Assembly (NCBI RefSeq): GCF_963967315.1
Contig: NZ_OZ017288.1
Location: 510,001 to 542,000 of the forward strand
DNA: 32,000 bases
Source: Candidatus Minimicrobia sp. QA0096
GTDB taxonomy: Bacteria > Patescibacteriota > Saccharimonadia > Saccharimonadales > Saccharimonadaceae
Direction of reading: 5' to 3'
The notes below the pieces were generated by a model. The model did no database searches. It was not told where the DNA came from and saw only the letters and a list, made by a program, of their open reading frames with translations. Made by a program: the position numbers and the translations under genes. Positions 22,083-31,082 of the stretch are shown in pieces (the first letter of the stretch is position 1; every line of letters begins with the position of its first letter).

Positions 22083-22424
22083 ATGAATTTAGTACAACAG
22101 TTTTTCACCGTTACAACTATGTTTGTCAGTTTGAATGTAGCGTTTGGTGTGCTGCTGCACGACACCAACGTTGATAAAGCGTTTTTGTCATCTTGGAAAA
22201 CATATAGCGTTCAAAGTGACGTTGAGGGTGAAATAAAAATGCCAGAAACAAAGCCTCATACTCATCCAGAACACGCTCAATTGTCAAATGTGCTGAAAGA
22301 AGGTTCGGCGCGACCGCGAACTACGCCTCGTAATAACGATAAGAAGCGATTGCGCCAAAAATATGCCGCTCGTGGACAGCATACTTTTGATGGTTATCAC
22401 CTTGATTTTGAAGGTGTGAGTTAA
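22083..22424 (+). CDS. Hypothetical small protein
   Basis: 113-aa ORF filling an otherwise empty 400-bp gap. It has one N-terminal hydrophobic segment, then a basic/His-containing tail (KPHTHPEH). No recognisable motif, and coding status is uncertain. Confidence 0.35.
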   Translation: MNLVQQFFTVTTMFVSLNVAFGVLLHDTNVDKAFLSSWKTYSVQSDVEGEIKMPETKPHTHPEHAQLSNVLKEGSARPRTTPRNNDKKRLRQKYAARGQHTFDGYHLDFEGVS

Positions 22425-22425
22425 A

Positions 22426-24981
22426 CTATTTTAAGCTAATTACTTCCAGTTCCGAAACAAGCCGAGTAATGATTTTTTCTTGCTCGGCTAATTGCTCGCG
22501 AGTTTCCTCGACAAGGTGGGCTGGCGCCTTCTCAACGTAAGTCGGATTTTCCAGGCGCTTGTTTAATCCCGCCAATTTCTGACGTGATTCGGCTAGGCGC
22601 ATTTCCAGATTTTCCTGATGTTGATACAGAGTTTCGCTATCAATATCTAGCCACGCTTCCCTGTTTGCCGTCGCCAATCTCAGTCCGCGCGGTTGGTCGG
22701 TGTGTTCAATTGCCTCAAGCCGCATCAGATGCTTAATCGTGTCTTGATTGTCAGCGATAAGATTGTCGTTGCCGTATAACAATCGATATTTCTTATTCCC
22801 TGGCAGTTCAGCAATCACCCAGCGACCTTCGGCAACCAAGAGCTTAAGTTGCTCGAATTGTTCGGCAGCAATCGGATCGAACTTTTCTGAAGTTGGCCAA
22901 GCTTCACGCATCAAAATGCCGTCGGTGTAATTGAGCGTTTGCCAAATCGTTTCCGTAACAAATGGCGCAAATGGATGAGCGATTTTCAAAGAAGTTGCCA
23001 AAACCCAAGATAATAATGGACGATTGATCGCGGTTTTAGACGATTCAATGTACCAGTCGGCCACGTCGTCCCAGATGGTGTGATAAACAGTTTCTGATGC
23101 CTCTGAGAAGCGATATTGCTCTAATCGAACGGCGATGTTGTTGGCGGCGTCGTTCAATTGGCGAATAATCCAGTGATCAGCCGGAGTTTGTGGTTCTAAG
23201 TCGACAATTTGGTGATTATCGCCAATTTGCGCTTCAACAAACCTGGCAATATTCCATAGCTTATTGCAGAAGTTGCGAGCAGCGATAACAGAGCCGCGGT
23301 TAAAGGCCTGACTTTGAGCCGGCGCCCGTCCAGCGATAATTCCCATACGTGTGGCGTCAGATCCAAATTCCGCAACCAATTCCATTGGATTAATGACGTT
23401 GCCCTTAGACTTAGACATTTTTTGGTTATGTTCGTCATTAACCATTCCGTGTAGATAAACTTCTTTGAACGGCAACTTCCCTGTTCGGTACAGACTAAGC
23501 ATAATCATTCGAGAAACCCATGCGCGCATAATATCCATACCAGTTTCCATCATGTCGGTCGGGAAATAATTGGCTAAATCGCCGCCATCCAAGTAGTCTG
23601 TAACAATATATGGCCATTGTCCAGATGAGAACCAGGTGTCAAAGGTATCCTCTTCCCTAATATATGTTGTGCCATTTACAACAATACTCTGTTCGTTGGT
23701 GCGAGTGTCGAATATCCAATCCTTAGGGTCGTTTTCATTTACAAACGCAGGAATTGGTATTCCCCATGGAATCTGTCGTGAAATATTCCAGTCTTTCAAT
23801 TGCTCAAAATATGCGATAAGCTCTTTGCGCTTGGATGCTGGATAAAAAGTGATTTCTTCTTTTTTGAGTGCATCAATTGCTGGCTGTGCGAGTGATTGTG
23901 TTTTAATAAACCACTGCTCTTTAATCATTGGCTCAATTACGCTGCCACACTTATAACAATGTCCAACGGCGTGTTCAATTTCAGTCTCACCGCGGCGTAG
24001 CTCCAGTGCCTCCAGTGCCTCCAAAACTCGAGCGCGAGCTTCTACTGGTGTTAATCCTAAGAACTGCGCTGGCACGTTTATCATCTTCCCTTCTGGGCTG
24101 ATAATTGACTCTATAGGTAAATCATGACGTTTTGCAATTTCAAAGTCGTTCGGGTCGTGCGCTGGCGTAATCTTAACCGCACCGGTACCATAGCTCATGT
24201 CGACGTATTCGTCCGCGATGATAGGAATTTCCTTATCGACAATCGGCAGTAAAATGCGAGTTCCAATCAATTTTTTGTATCGCTCATCATCTGGATGAAC
24301 TGCCACAGCGACGTCGCCAAGCATAGTTTCTGGGCGCGTAGTAGCAATGATAATTTCGCCAATTTTATCTAATGTCGGGTAAGCTATTTTCCACAACTTC
24401 CCTTTCTCATTCTTATGTTCTACCTCGATGTCGGCAAAGCTGGTTTGGTGTTCGGTACAATAATTGACAATTCGCTCACCTCTGTAAACCAAATTGTCAT
24501 CCCACATTTTCTTAAATGTGTCGTATACGGTGTTGATAACTTTGTCGTCCAGAGTGAATGTCAAATGCTTCCATGACGCACTAACACCTAACGCGCGCAA
24601 TTGCAGCTCCATATTGCCGCGTTTTTCTTGTACAAAATTCCAAACTTGACTATACAATTGGTCACGTGAAAAATCGAAGCGACTCTTCCCTTGCTTTGTT
24701 AATTCTCTTTCATACACAACCCAAGTTTCAAACCCAGCATGGTCGGCGCCTGGAATAAATACGGCGTCGTCACCCTTCATTCGGTGATAGCGAATCAGAA
24801 TATCCTTCAGATTCATATCGAGTGCGTGCCCAATGTGAAGGTTACCGTTCGCGTTAGGTGGCGGCATAATGATTGAATATGGCTTGCCTACCCCTGTTGG
24901 TTCTAATGCGCCGCTGGTTTCCCATAGGGCGTAAATGTTTGGTTCGTAATCGTTTGGTATGTATTGTTTAGCTAGCTGCAT
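22426..24981 (-). CDS. valS: Valine--tRNA ligase
   Basis: 851 aa. HIGH motif (PPPNANGNLHIGHAL), KMSKS motif (KMSKSKGN), and a C-terminal coiled-coil typical of ValRS. Confidence 0.95.
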   Translation of the reverse strand: MQLAKQYIPNDYEPNIYALWETSGALEPTGVGKPYSIIMPPPNANGNLHIGHALDMNLKDILIRYHRMKGDDAVFIPGADHAGFETWVVYERELTKQGKSRFDFSRDQLYSQVWNFVQEKRGNMELQLRALGVSASWKHLTFTLDDKVINTVYDTFKKMWDDNLVYRGERIVNYCTEHQTSFADIEVEHKNEKGKLWKIAYPTLDKIGEIIIATTRPETMLGDVAVAVHPDDERYKKLIGTRILLPIVDKEIPIIADEYVDMSYGTGAVKITPAHDPNDFEIAKRHDLPIESIISPEGKMINVPAQFLGLTPVEARARVLEALEALELRRGETEIEHAVGHCYKCGSVIEPMIKEQWFIKTQSLAQPAIDALKKEEITFYPASKRKELIAYFEQLKDWNISRQIPWGIPIPAFVNENDPKDWIFDTRTNEQSIVVNGTTYIREEDTFDTWFSSGQWPYIVTDYLDGGDLANYFPTDMMETGMDIMRAWVSRMIMLSLYRTGKLPFKEVYLHGMVNDEHNQKMSKSKGNVINPMELVAEFGSDATRMGIIAGRAPAQSQAFNRGSVIAARNFCNKLWNIARFVEAQIGDNHQIVDLEPQTPADHWIIRQLNDAANNIAVRLEQYRFSEASETVYHTIWDDVADWYIESSKTAINRPLLSWVLATSLKIAHPFAPFVTETIWQTLNYTDGILMREAWPTSEKFDPIAAEQFEQLKLLVAEGRWVIAELPGNKKYRLLYGNDNLIADNQDTIKHLMRLEAIEHTDQPRGLRLATANREAWLDIDSETLYQHQENLEMRLAESRQKLAGLNKRLENPTYVEKAPAHLVEETREQLAEQEKIITRLVSELEVISLK

Positions 24982-25101
24982 AAGTTATTCCATGGTTTTT
25001 TCATGTGAAAAAATACAAAAGAAAACAAAGTAGCTTTTCACGTGCAAAAGCCCTTAAATATGTAATCCTCTAATTTCTCCACATGTTTATATTACATCTT
25101 A

Positions 25102-25110
25102 ATTATATCA
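25102..25110 (-). promoter_or_regulatory. Putative extended -10 promoter for valS
   Basis: The minus strand reads TGATATAAT (TGnTATAAT). The -35 region is weak. Confidence 0.3.
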
Positions 25111-25143
25111 CAAATTTATGCGGTGCGATGGATGAAATTAAGG

Positions 25144-26070
25144 TTATTTTCTAATCGTTTGATACGCTCGATATAGCCAATATTGAAGTGGCTTTAGGGG
25201 AAGTTCCCAGGTTGACCCAGAATAGATATCTTCGCCGCCGAACGATCGCTTAAACTTTGTAAAGCCAGCCCATGGGTGATTTTTTGGTGCGTTTTCAGGA
25301 GCAATTCCGTATAAATCGACTTTCTCCATTTGACAATGTTTTGCATCGATTATCGCTTCGGTGAGCAGGGCAGTTCCAGCGTTAAGCTTGCGATATTCTG
25401 GCGTAGAATTTGCTGCCGCATGTGCATAAATTCGAGTTGTTTTTGAGTCGAAAAATAGGGCAGTAGCAATTACTTTATTGTCATATGTTGCGTACCAAAA
25501 AGAAGCATCTTTGGATGGAAGTAGAGAACCAGCTTGCTTATGAAAATATGAATCTGGGTGCGGCGACATGCCGGTTCTTTTGGCAACTTCGTGTATCAAT
25601 TCTAAGAAATATTTAATATCGTCTGGGTTTTGAGATTGATGAATAGTTACGCCTTTTTTGTGATAATTCCTATAACAATTCCTTACAGGTTGCGCCATGT
25701 TTGCTATGATTTCTTCCTCTGGCTGCTGGAGATTGATAATGTGCGTATGTTCTGGCTGTAAATGAACGTAAGTGGCTTTTTTCCAATTCTCATCAGATAA
25801 CACCTTAGAAAAGGTAGGTTTAATTGGTCCGATTCTAAGGAAAGTTACGCCAAGTTTTTTACCGAGCTCTGCTAGGTCTTTTAGCGCCAATCGTAATACT
25901 TCTTCGTTAATAGCGGTTGGACCGAAGGGGCAATATAAGCGAGAATTGCCTGTGCCGCGCTCTAATATTGCGAAATATTCCCATCCTTCACCTCTGTTGT
26001 GAAAGACTTTTCGACCGAGCGATTGTTGAAATTTTTCCCAGGCTGATGATTGTAGAAAATGTTGATTCAT
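25144..26070 (-). CDS. FemAB-family peptidoglycan interpeptide-bridge aminoacyltransferase (FemX-like)
   Basis: 308 aa. The N-terminus MNQHFLQSSAWEKFQ and the C-terminal YAHAAANS...LYGIAP...GFTKFKRSFGG follow the FemX/FemAB pattern as I remember it. Confidence 0.65.
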   Translation of the reverse strand: MNQHFLQSSAWEKFQQSLGRKVFHNRGEGWEYFAILERGTGNSRLYCPFGPTAINEEVLRLALKDLAELGKKLGVTFLRIGPIKPTFSKVLSDENWKKATYVHLQPEHTHIINLQQPEEEIIANMAQPVRNCYRNYHKKGVTIHQSQNPDDIKYFLELIHEVAKRTGMSPHPDSYFHKQAGSLLPSKDASFWYATYDNKVIATALFFDSKTTRIYAHAAANSTPEYRKLNAGTALLTEAIIDAKHCQMEKVDLYGIAPENAPKNHPWAGFTKFKRSFGGEDIYSGSTWELPLKPLQYWLYRAYQTIRK

Positions 26071-26088
26071 GTTGTAATCCTCACAACG

Positions 26089-27159
26089 TTATATTGCTGT
26101 CATTGATAAACTTGGCTGAACTTCCAGATCGTATGGATCTGTAGGCTCGTCAATTTGAGATCTGAAATAACCAAGGGTAGCAATCATCGCGGCGTTATCT
26201 GTACAGAGTTGGATAGGGGCGTATTCGATGTCAATTGGCAGGGCTTCACGTAATTGACGACGCAACTCTTGGTTAGCTGCGACTCCGCCAGCGATCACAA
26301 CGGAGGCTGGCTGGAAATTGTCAAACGCCTTCTTGGTTTTATTTACGAGCGTTTTTATGGCTGTATACTGGAAACTTGCCGCCATATTACGTCGTAATTC
26401 GTCATCTACGAGCGCTGGAAGCTCATGGGAGGGAAAAGTGAAGTCTTTACCGACTTCGTGCTGAACGGCTCTCAAAACGGCTGTCTTAAGCCCAGAGAAG
26501 GAGAAATCGTATTCGCCGGATAATTTGGCAATAGGTAAATGGAACGTGTGCGGATCGCCAAGTTCGGCGGCTTTGGCGATGGCTGGGCCGCCAGGATACG
26601 GCAAACCGATGATTTTAGCAACTTTATCAAACGCTTCGCCAACCGCGTCGTCTTGAGTTTGACCTATGAGCTGATAATCTCCGTGATTTTTAAATAGGAC
26701 AAGTTGTGAATGCCCGCCTGAAACGATCAACGAAAGCATAGGGAATGACGGCTGCTGTTTCGGCAATGTTAGAGATAAATTGTCGGATTGCTTATTGATA
26801 AAATTGGCGTACACGTGAGCTTCTACGTGATGAATCTTAAAGAGCGGCTTATTATGGATAATAGCGAGAGTTCTAGCGGCGAGAGTGCCGATTAATAGCG
26901 AGCCAATAAGCCCCGGCGCGTAAGTAACGGCGATGGCGTCAATATCATCCCAAGTACAATTTGCGTCAGACAAAGCTTTTTTAATGACGGGATTTACAAC
27001 TTCCAAATGACTACGCGCGGCAATTTCTGGAATAACTCCGCCGTATTCTGCATGAATATCAATTTGAGAATTGACGACATTTGAAAGCAAGCGTTCGCCA
27101 TCTTCAACGATTGACGCCGCTGTTTCGTCGCAACTGGATTCAATTCCCAAAATCCTCAT
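26089..27159 (-). CDS. tsaD: tRNA N6-adenosine threonylcarbamoyltransferase TsaD
   Basis: MRILGIESSCDETAASIV...HHVEAHV...GGVAANQELR, a classic Kae1/TsaD signature. Confidence 0.95.
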   Translation of the reverse strand: MRILGIESSCDETAASIVEDGERLLSNVVNSQIDIHAEYGGVIPEIAARSHLEVVNPVIKKALSDANCTWDDIDAIAVTYAPGLIGSLLIGTLAARTLAIIHNKPLFKIHHVEAHVYANFINKQSDNLSLTLPKQQPSFPMLSLIVSGGHSQLVLFKNHGDYQLIGQTQDDAVGEAFDKVAKIIGLPYPGGPAIAKAAELGDPHTFHLPIAKLSGEYDFSFSGLKTAVLRAVQHEVGKDFTFPSHELPALVDDELRRNMAASFQYTAIKTLVNKTKKAFDNFQPASVVIAGGVAANQELRRQLREALPIDIEYAPIQLCTDNAAMIATLGYFRSQIDEPTDPYDLEVQPSLSMTAI

Positions 27160-27191
27160 TTGCTTTTATTATAGCAAATATAAGTGGTAAA

Positions 27192-28517
27192 ATGGGTATT
27201 ATGAAAAACGAGTTGGTAAAAATTGCTAGAAAAACGCTACCTCAAGGAGCTTTGGAAAAAACCGAAAACGCCTATAGAGTTGCGCGCACGAAGATGATTA
27301 GCCTAAGATATGGCAATCCAGCTCGTGGCTTGAGAATTATTGCAGTAACAGGGACGAACGGGAAAACTACGACTGCTTGTTATATCAATGAGATCTTGAA
27401 AGAAGCTGGTTTTAAGACTGCATTATTTACGACGGCGGTGATTGAAATTGCTGGCAAGGAAAAGATAAATGATTTGAATGCGACAGTTCCGACTGTAGCG
27501 AGGCTATTCAGCTTTTTCCAGACAGCTCAGCGTGAAGGCGTGGAATATGTGATTTTAGAGGCAACAAGTCACGCTTTATCACAGCATAAGTTTGACGGCG
27601 TGCCAATTGAAGCGGCGGTGATGACTAATTTGACTCAAGACCATTTGGATTATCACAAGACGATGGAAGCTTACGCGGCGGCTAAGGCTAAGTTGTTTGA
27701 GAAAAAACCGAAATATATCGTGCTGAATCGCGATGACGAGTGGTTTGAATATTTTGATAAGTTTACGGCTTCTGGCGAGAAAATGACTTACGGAACGAAT
27801 CCGGAAGCTGAAGCTCACTTGACGCACGTTAAGTTATATAAAAAGGGAACAGAGGCGAGTCTGCTGATTGATCATCAAACTCATTTGGAGTTGGCGACTA
27901 ATTTGCCTGGCGAATTTAACGTGATGAATATGTCGGCTGCGGTGTCGTTGGCATATTTGTTGGGGATAAAGTTGGAAGATATCCAAGAGGGCGTGGCGAA
28001 TTTGGAAGCGATTCCTGGACGATTCGAGCGAGTAGAAAATAAGATTGGAATTGATATTATTGTGGATTATGCTCACACGCCAGACGCGTTGGAAAAATTG
28101 CTAAAAACCACTCATAAAATTACCAAGGGGCGATTAACTTTGGTGTTTGGTGCGTGTGGTGACAGAGATAAGACAAAGCGACCGATTATGGGCGAGCTGG
28201 CGGCTAATTTGGCAGATAGGATTTTTCTAACTGACGAGGAAAGCTATAACGAAAATCCAGATGAAATTCGGGCAATGATTCGTCAGGGAATTGAGCGAAC
28301 GAAAAAGGCTCATAAAATGACGGAAATTGCTGATCGAAAACAGGCGATTTATCAAGCTCTGAGGTCGGCTGTTCGTGGCGATACGGTTCTGATTACGGGT
28401 ATGGGTCATGAGCAGTACCGAATTGTGAATGGCAAGCGAATTCCGTGGAACGACAAGAAAGTCGTTCAGGAAATTATTTCTGAGATTGAGAAAAAGAGTC
28501 GTAAAATTTCGCTTTAA
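27192..28517 (+). CDS. murE: Mur ligase MurE (UDP-MurNAc-L-Ala-D-Glu : diamino-acid ligase; third-residue specificity unclear)
   Basis: P-loop AVTGTNGKTTT, plus DYAHTPDALEKLL and FGACGDRDKTKRPIMG. The track ORF starts at 27081 inside tsaD, so the start was moved to ATG 27192 (MGIMKNE); ATG 27201 is equally possible. EESY occupies the position of the DNPR motif. Confidence 0.85.
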   Translation: MGIMKNELVKIARKTLPQGALEKTENAYRVARTKMISLRYGNPARGLRIIAVTGTNGKTTTACYINEILKEAGFKTALFTTAVIEIAGKEKINDLNATVPTVARLFSFFQTAQREGVEYVILEATSHALSQHKFDGVPIEAAVMTNLTQDHLDYHKTMEAYAAAKAKLFEKKPKYIVLNRDDEWFEYFDKFTASGEKMTYGTNPEAEAHLTHVKLYKKGTEASLLIDHQTHLELATNLPGEFNVMNMSAAVSLAYLLGIKLEDIQEGVANLEAIPGRFERVENKIGIDIIVDYAHTPDALEKLLKTTHKITKGRLTLVFGACGDRDKTKRPIMGELAANLADRIFLTDEESYNENPDEIRAMIRQGIERTKKAHKMTEIADRKQAIYQALRSAVRGDTVLITGMGHEQYRIVNGKRIPWNDKKVVQEIISEIEKKSRKISL

Positions 28518-29763
28518 TCTGTTTCCAGCTTTGTGATTGGCGAACTAATTTTTCTACATCGCTTGGGTCGAGCAGCAATTCTTTCACGGCGTCTTCAAGG
28601 TAAATGCCGCCCTGTGAGCCTTTGAATAGAATTGTCGTATCTTTAATGTCGCTATTTTTCAGGAATTCTCCAGCTTCAAGCGCCGTGTCAAAAGAAATTA
28701 CTTTACAGCCATTTTTTTCAGCGATTGGCGCGAGGTGTTTCTTAGCCATTTTACCGACAGTGATGAGCGATTCTAGCTGTTTAGGGTCGCAAATTTCACC
28801 GATTTTTTTATGCTCCGATTCGGATGTTTCGCCCAGTTCATTCATATCTCCCAATACGGCAATCTTGTGATCGGCGGAGATGGAATAGAGTGTTTTTAGC
28901 GAATTTTCCATGGCAATAGGGCTGGCGTTGTAAGTGTCGTCCAGTAATGTGCAACCGCGTATGCCACGTAAAATATTCATTCTGCCTGAAACTGGTCTGA
29001 TTTTTGTTAAAGCCGATGCAACTTCTTCAATATTCATTCCGCAAGCCAATCCCGCCGCCGCCGCGCCAGTGATTGAGCGGATGTTGTGTTTGCCCAATAC
29101 AGAAATATTTATATCCTGAGAAGTTTTTTCGGAGTGTCTTAAATTGACAATACAGCCAGTATCTGTAGTCTTTTTAATTTCCAGGAAAACATCAGCGGAT
29201 CCATCGCCGTAACTTACGCGATTTCCAACTATGAGATTATGATATTTTTCATCGATATCGTGAAGGTTGAAGATGGTTTTTTTAGCGACCTGGCTAATGG
29301 ACAGTTCCTCATGAGCTACCGTATCCATATTTTTGAAAAACTCCATATGTTCAGGTGCAACAGAGGTAATTATGGCAATGTCGGGCTGGATATAGCGCAT
29401 AAAAGTAGCCATTTCACCAGGGCAATCAATACCACATTCTTGAATAATTATATCTGGAGATTCGGGGTTTTTTATGCTGGCGTGTGCTGCGGAGAAGACT
29501 TTTAGCCAGGCTAGGGGAGATTTGGCGTTTTTTGGCCCGTCTACGCCTAAGATTTCCAGCGGCGCACTTAAGGTTGTGTTCAAATTGCCACGACTATGGC
29601 GCACGGTGAATTTTTCTGATAGAACAGTGGCGGTTGCTGATTTTACGCTAGTTTTACCAACGCTGCCGACTACAGCAATTAGTTTAGTGTCAGGATGAGA
29701 TTTAAGATATTTTTTTACATAAGAGCCGAGAATTGTTTCTAAGAGATGTTTGAATAATTGCAT
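28474..29763 (-). CDS. murF: UDP-MurNAc-tripeptide--D-alanyl-D-alanine ligase MurF
   Basis: 429 aa. P-loop IAVVGSVGKTSVKS, and a Mur-ligase middle and C-terminal pattern (LLDDTYNASP, AVLGDMNELGE). Confidence 0.85.
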   Translation of the reverse strand: MQLFKHLLETILGSYVKKYLKSHPDTKLIAVVGSVGKTSVKSATATVLSEKFTVRHSRGNLNTTLSAPLEILGVDGPKNAKSPLAWLKVFSAAHASIKNPESPDIIIQECGIDCPGEMATFMRYIQPDIAIITSVAPEHMEFFKNMDTVAHEELSISQVAKKTIFNLHDIDEKYHNLIVGNRVSYGDGSADVFLEIKKTTDTGCIVNLRHSEKTSQDINISVLGKHNIRSITGAAAAGLACGMNIEEVASALTKIRPVSGRMNILRGIRGCTLLDDTYNASPIAMENSLKTLYSISADHKIAVLGDMNELGETSESEHKKIGEICDPKQLESLITVGKMAKKHLAPIAEKNGCKVISFDTALEAGEFLKNSDIKDTTILFKGSQGGIYLEDAVKELLLDPSDVEKLVRQSQSWKQIKAKFYDSFSQSQK

Positions 29764-29821
29764 GGAGTTATTATAACAGATTGAGGAACAGTAGGGAGAA
29801 GGGTGTGAGGTTGCCTCTTTA

Positions 29822-30727
29822 ATGATTTTATGGTATTATAGCAACCATTGTATGGAGATTGCTAGAGAATCAGGAGTAGCTGAGATTGCTTGGGGGATTG
29901 TTGAATCTTCCGAATACCAAGAAAGACTGCGTGAAATTGTATTAGGAATAGGGCGAGCTGCAACCAGAGATTTTAATCCGGAAAGTTCATATCGATTAGT
30001 GGATAGATATGTCGCGTCAGGTGTGGCGGATGATACTTTAAGAGAAAGAAGCGACACAGACAAAATGCCGAAAGATAGAGTGCTGGAGTTGATACAGATC
30101 ATGCCTTATTGGATTCGATCGGAGGAGAATCTCGAGTCTTATAGGAACGGGGCATTTTATGAACGTAATAATAAGATAAAAGAAAAAGAGACGGTCGTAG
30201 CCTTTAATAAAATTCTGCGGACTATTATCAGCGAAGGACAATACACTCGTAAGTCAGAGCTTATATCGGATATTGAAAATGCTATGAATCATCTTGATTA
30301 TAGTGATAAAGAGGTTAAAAATGCGCATAGATTTTTAAATTATGTAATTAATGGTATGCGCCATGAAATCGCCGCTGAGATGGCCCTAAATGAGGTTGAG
30401 GGAGTACAAGCTGTTTATACATCTAGCGTTGAAGGCGACCTTGCTGGGACTGATATTTTGGTTGAATATGTAAGAGACGGTAATATATATGTATTTGGTT
30501 TTGATATAAAATCAACGAAAACCGCAGCACGTAAGGCTAATAATGATAAGTATTGCATGGACTACCGTGCTATCTGGTCTGGCTTTAATCACAAGGCTGG
30601 TGACTTTGGCTATGATGAAGATGGCTTAATTCCTAAGAAGCGTGTTATTAGAGGAAAGATTTCATATTATAAGGGTGTTCTTGAAGAGATGGTCAGAGAA
30701 GAAGATTGTAAAAGACAAAATAATTAG
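29822..30727 (+). CDS. Hypothetical protein (possible PD-(D/E)xK nuclease-fold C-terminal domain)
   Basis: 301-aa ORF with no family recognised. The C-terminal segment RHEIAAEMAL...GTDILVEYVRDGNIYVFGFDIKSTK fits an E...D...(D/E)xK spacing. The start could also be Met11 (29852). Confidence 0.5.
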   Translation: MILWYYSNHCMEIARESGVAEIAWGIVESSEYQERLREIVLGIGRAATRDFNPESSYRLVDRYVASGVADDTLRERSDTDKMPKDRVLELIQIMPYWIRSEENLESYRNGAFYERNNKIKEKETVVAFNKILRTIISEGQYTRKSELISDIENAMNHLDYSDKEVKNAHRFLNYVINGMRHEIAAEMALNEVEGVQAVYTSSVEGDLAGTDILVEYVRDGNIYVFGFDIKSTKTAARKANNDKYCMDYRAIWSGFNHKAGDFGYDEDGLIPKKRVIRGKISYYKGVLEEMVREEDCKRQNN

Positions 30728-30750
30728 CACTCACACTTGACGAGTGCTAA
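30724..30750 (+). promoter_or_regulatory. CIRCE operator (HrcA binding site)
   Basis: TTAGCACTC-ACACTTGAC-GAGTGCTAA is a perfect match to the CIRCE consensus TTAGCACTC-N9-GAGTGCTAA. Confidence 0.9.
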
Positions 30751-30766
30751 TTTGTTGCGCTACAAT
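30737..30766 (+). promoter_or_regulatory. Putative groESL promoter overlapping CIRCE
   Basis: TTGACG, an 18-nt spacer, then TACAAT. The -35 hexamer lies inside the CIRCE spacer and right arm. Confidence 0.5.
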
Positions 30767-30796
30767 AAATGTATTGTTAACGAAATGGAGGATAAC

Positions 30797-31066
30797 GTGA
30801 GTACACCTATTAAGCCTCTTGGCGACCGTGTTGTAGCGGTGCGTGAAGAAGCAAAGACTCAGACAGCGAGCGGAATTTACTTGCCTGATAACGCTAAAGA
30901 AAAGCCAGTAGTTGCGGAAGTTAAAGCAGTTGGCGGCGATGTGAAGAACGTCAAAGTCGGTGATCGAATTGTCTATAAGGAATATTCGACTACGGATTTG
31001 AAAATTGACGGCACGGAATATTTGGTTGTTCGCGAAGAAGATATTTTAGCAACGGTTGTTGGATAA
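30797..31066 (+). CDS. groES: Co-chaperonin GroES
   Basis: STPIKPLGDRVVAVREEAKTQTASGIYLPDNAKEKP...VGDRIVYKEYSTTDLKIDGTEYLVVREEDILA. The track start (TTG 30737) lies inside the CIRCE/promoter. GTG at 30797, 4 nt after GGAGGA, is preferred. Confidence 0.9.
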   Translation: MSTPIKPLGDRVVAVREEAKTQTASGIYLPDNAKEKPVVAEVKAVGGDVKNVKVGDRIVYKEYSTTDLKIDGTEYLVVREEDILATVVG

Positions 31067-31082
31067 AAAGGGGAGTTTAATT

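Noticed and set aside
24982-25143. T-box riboswitch upstream of valS.
   Set aside because: The leader is only about 160 nt. It lacks the conserved T-box sequence and the specifier-loop/antiterminator architecture.
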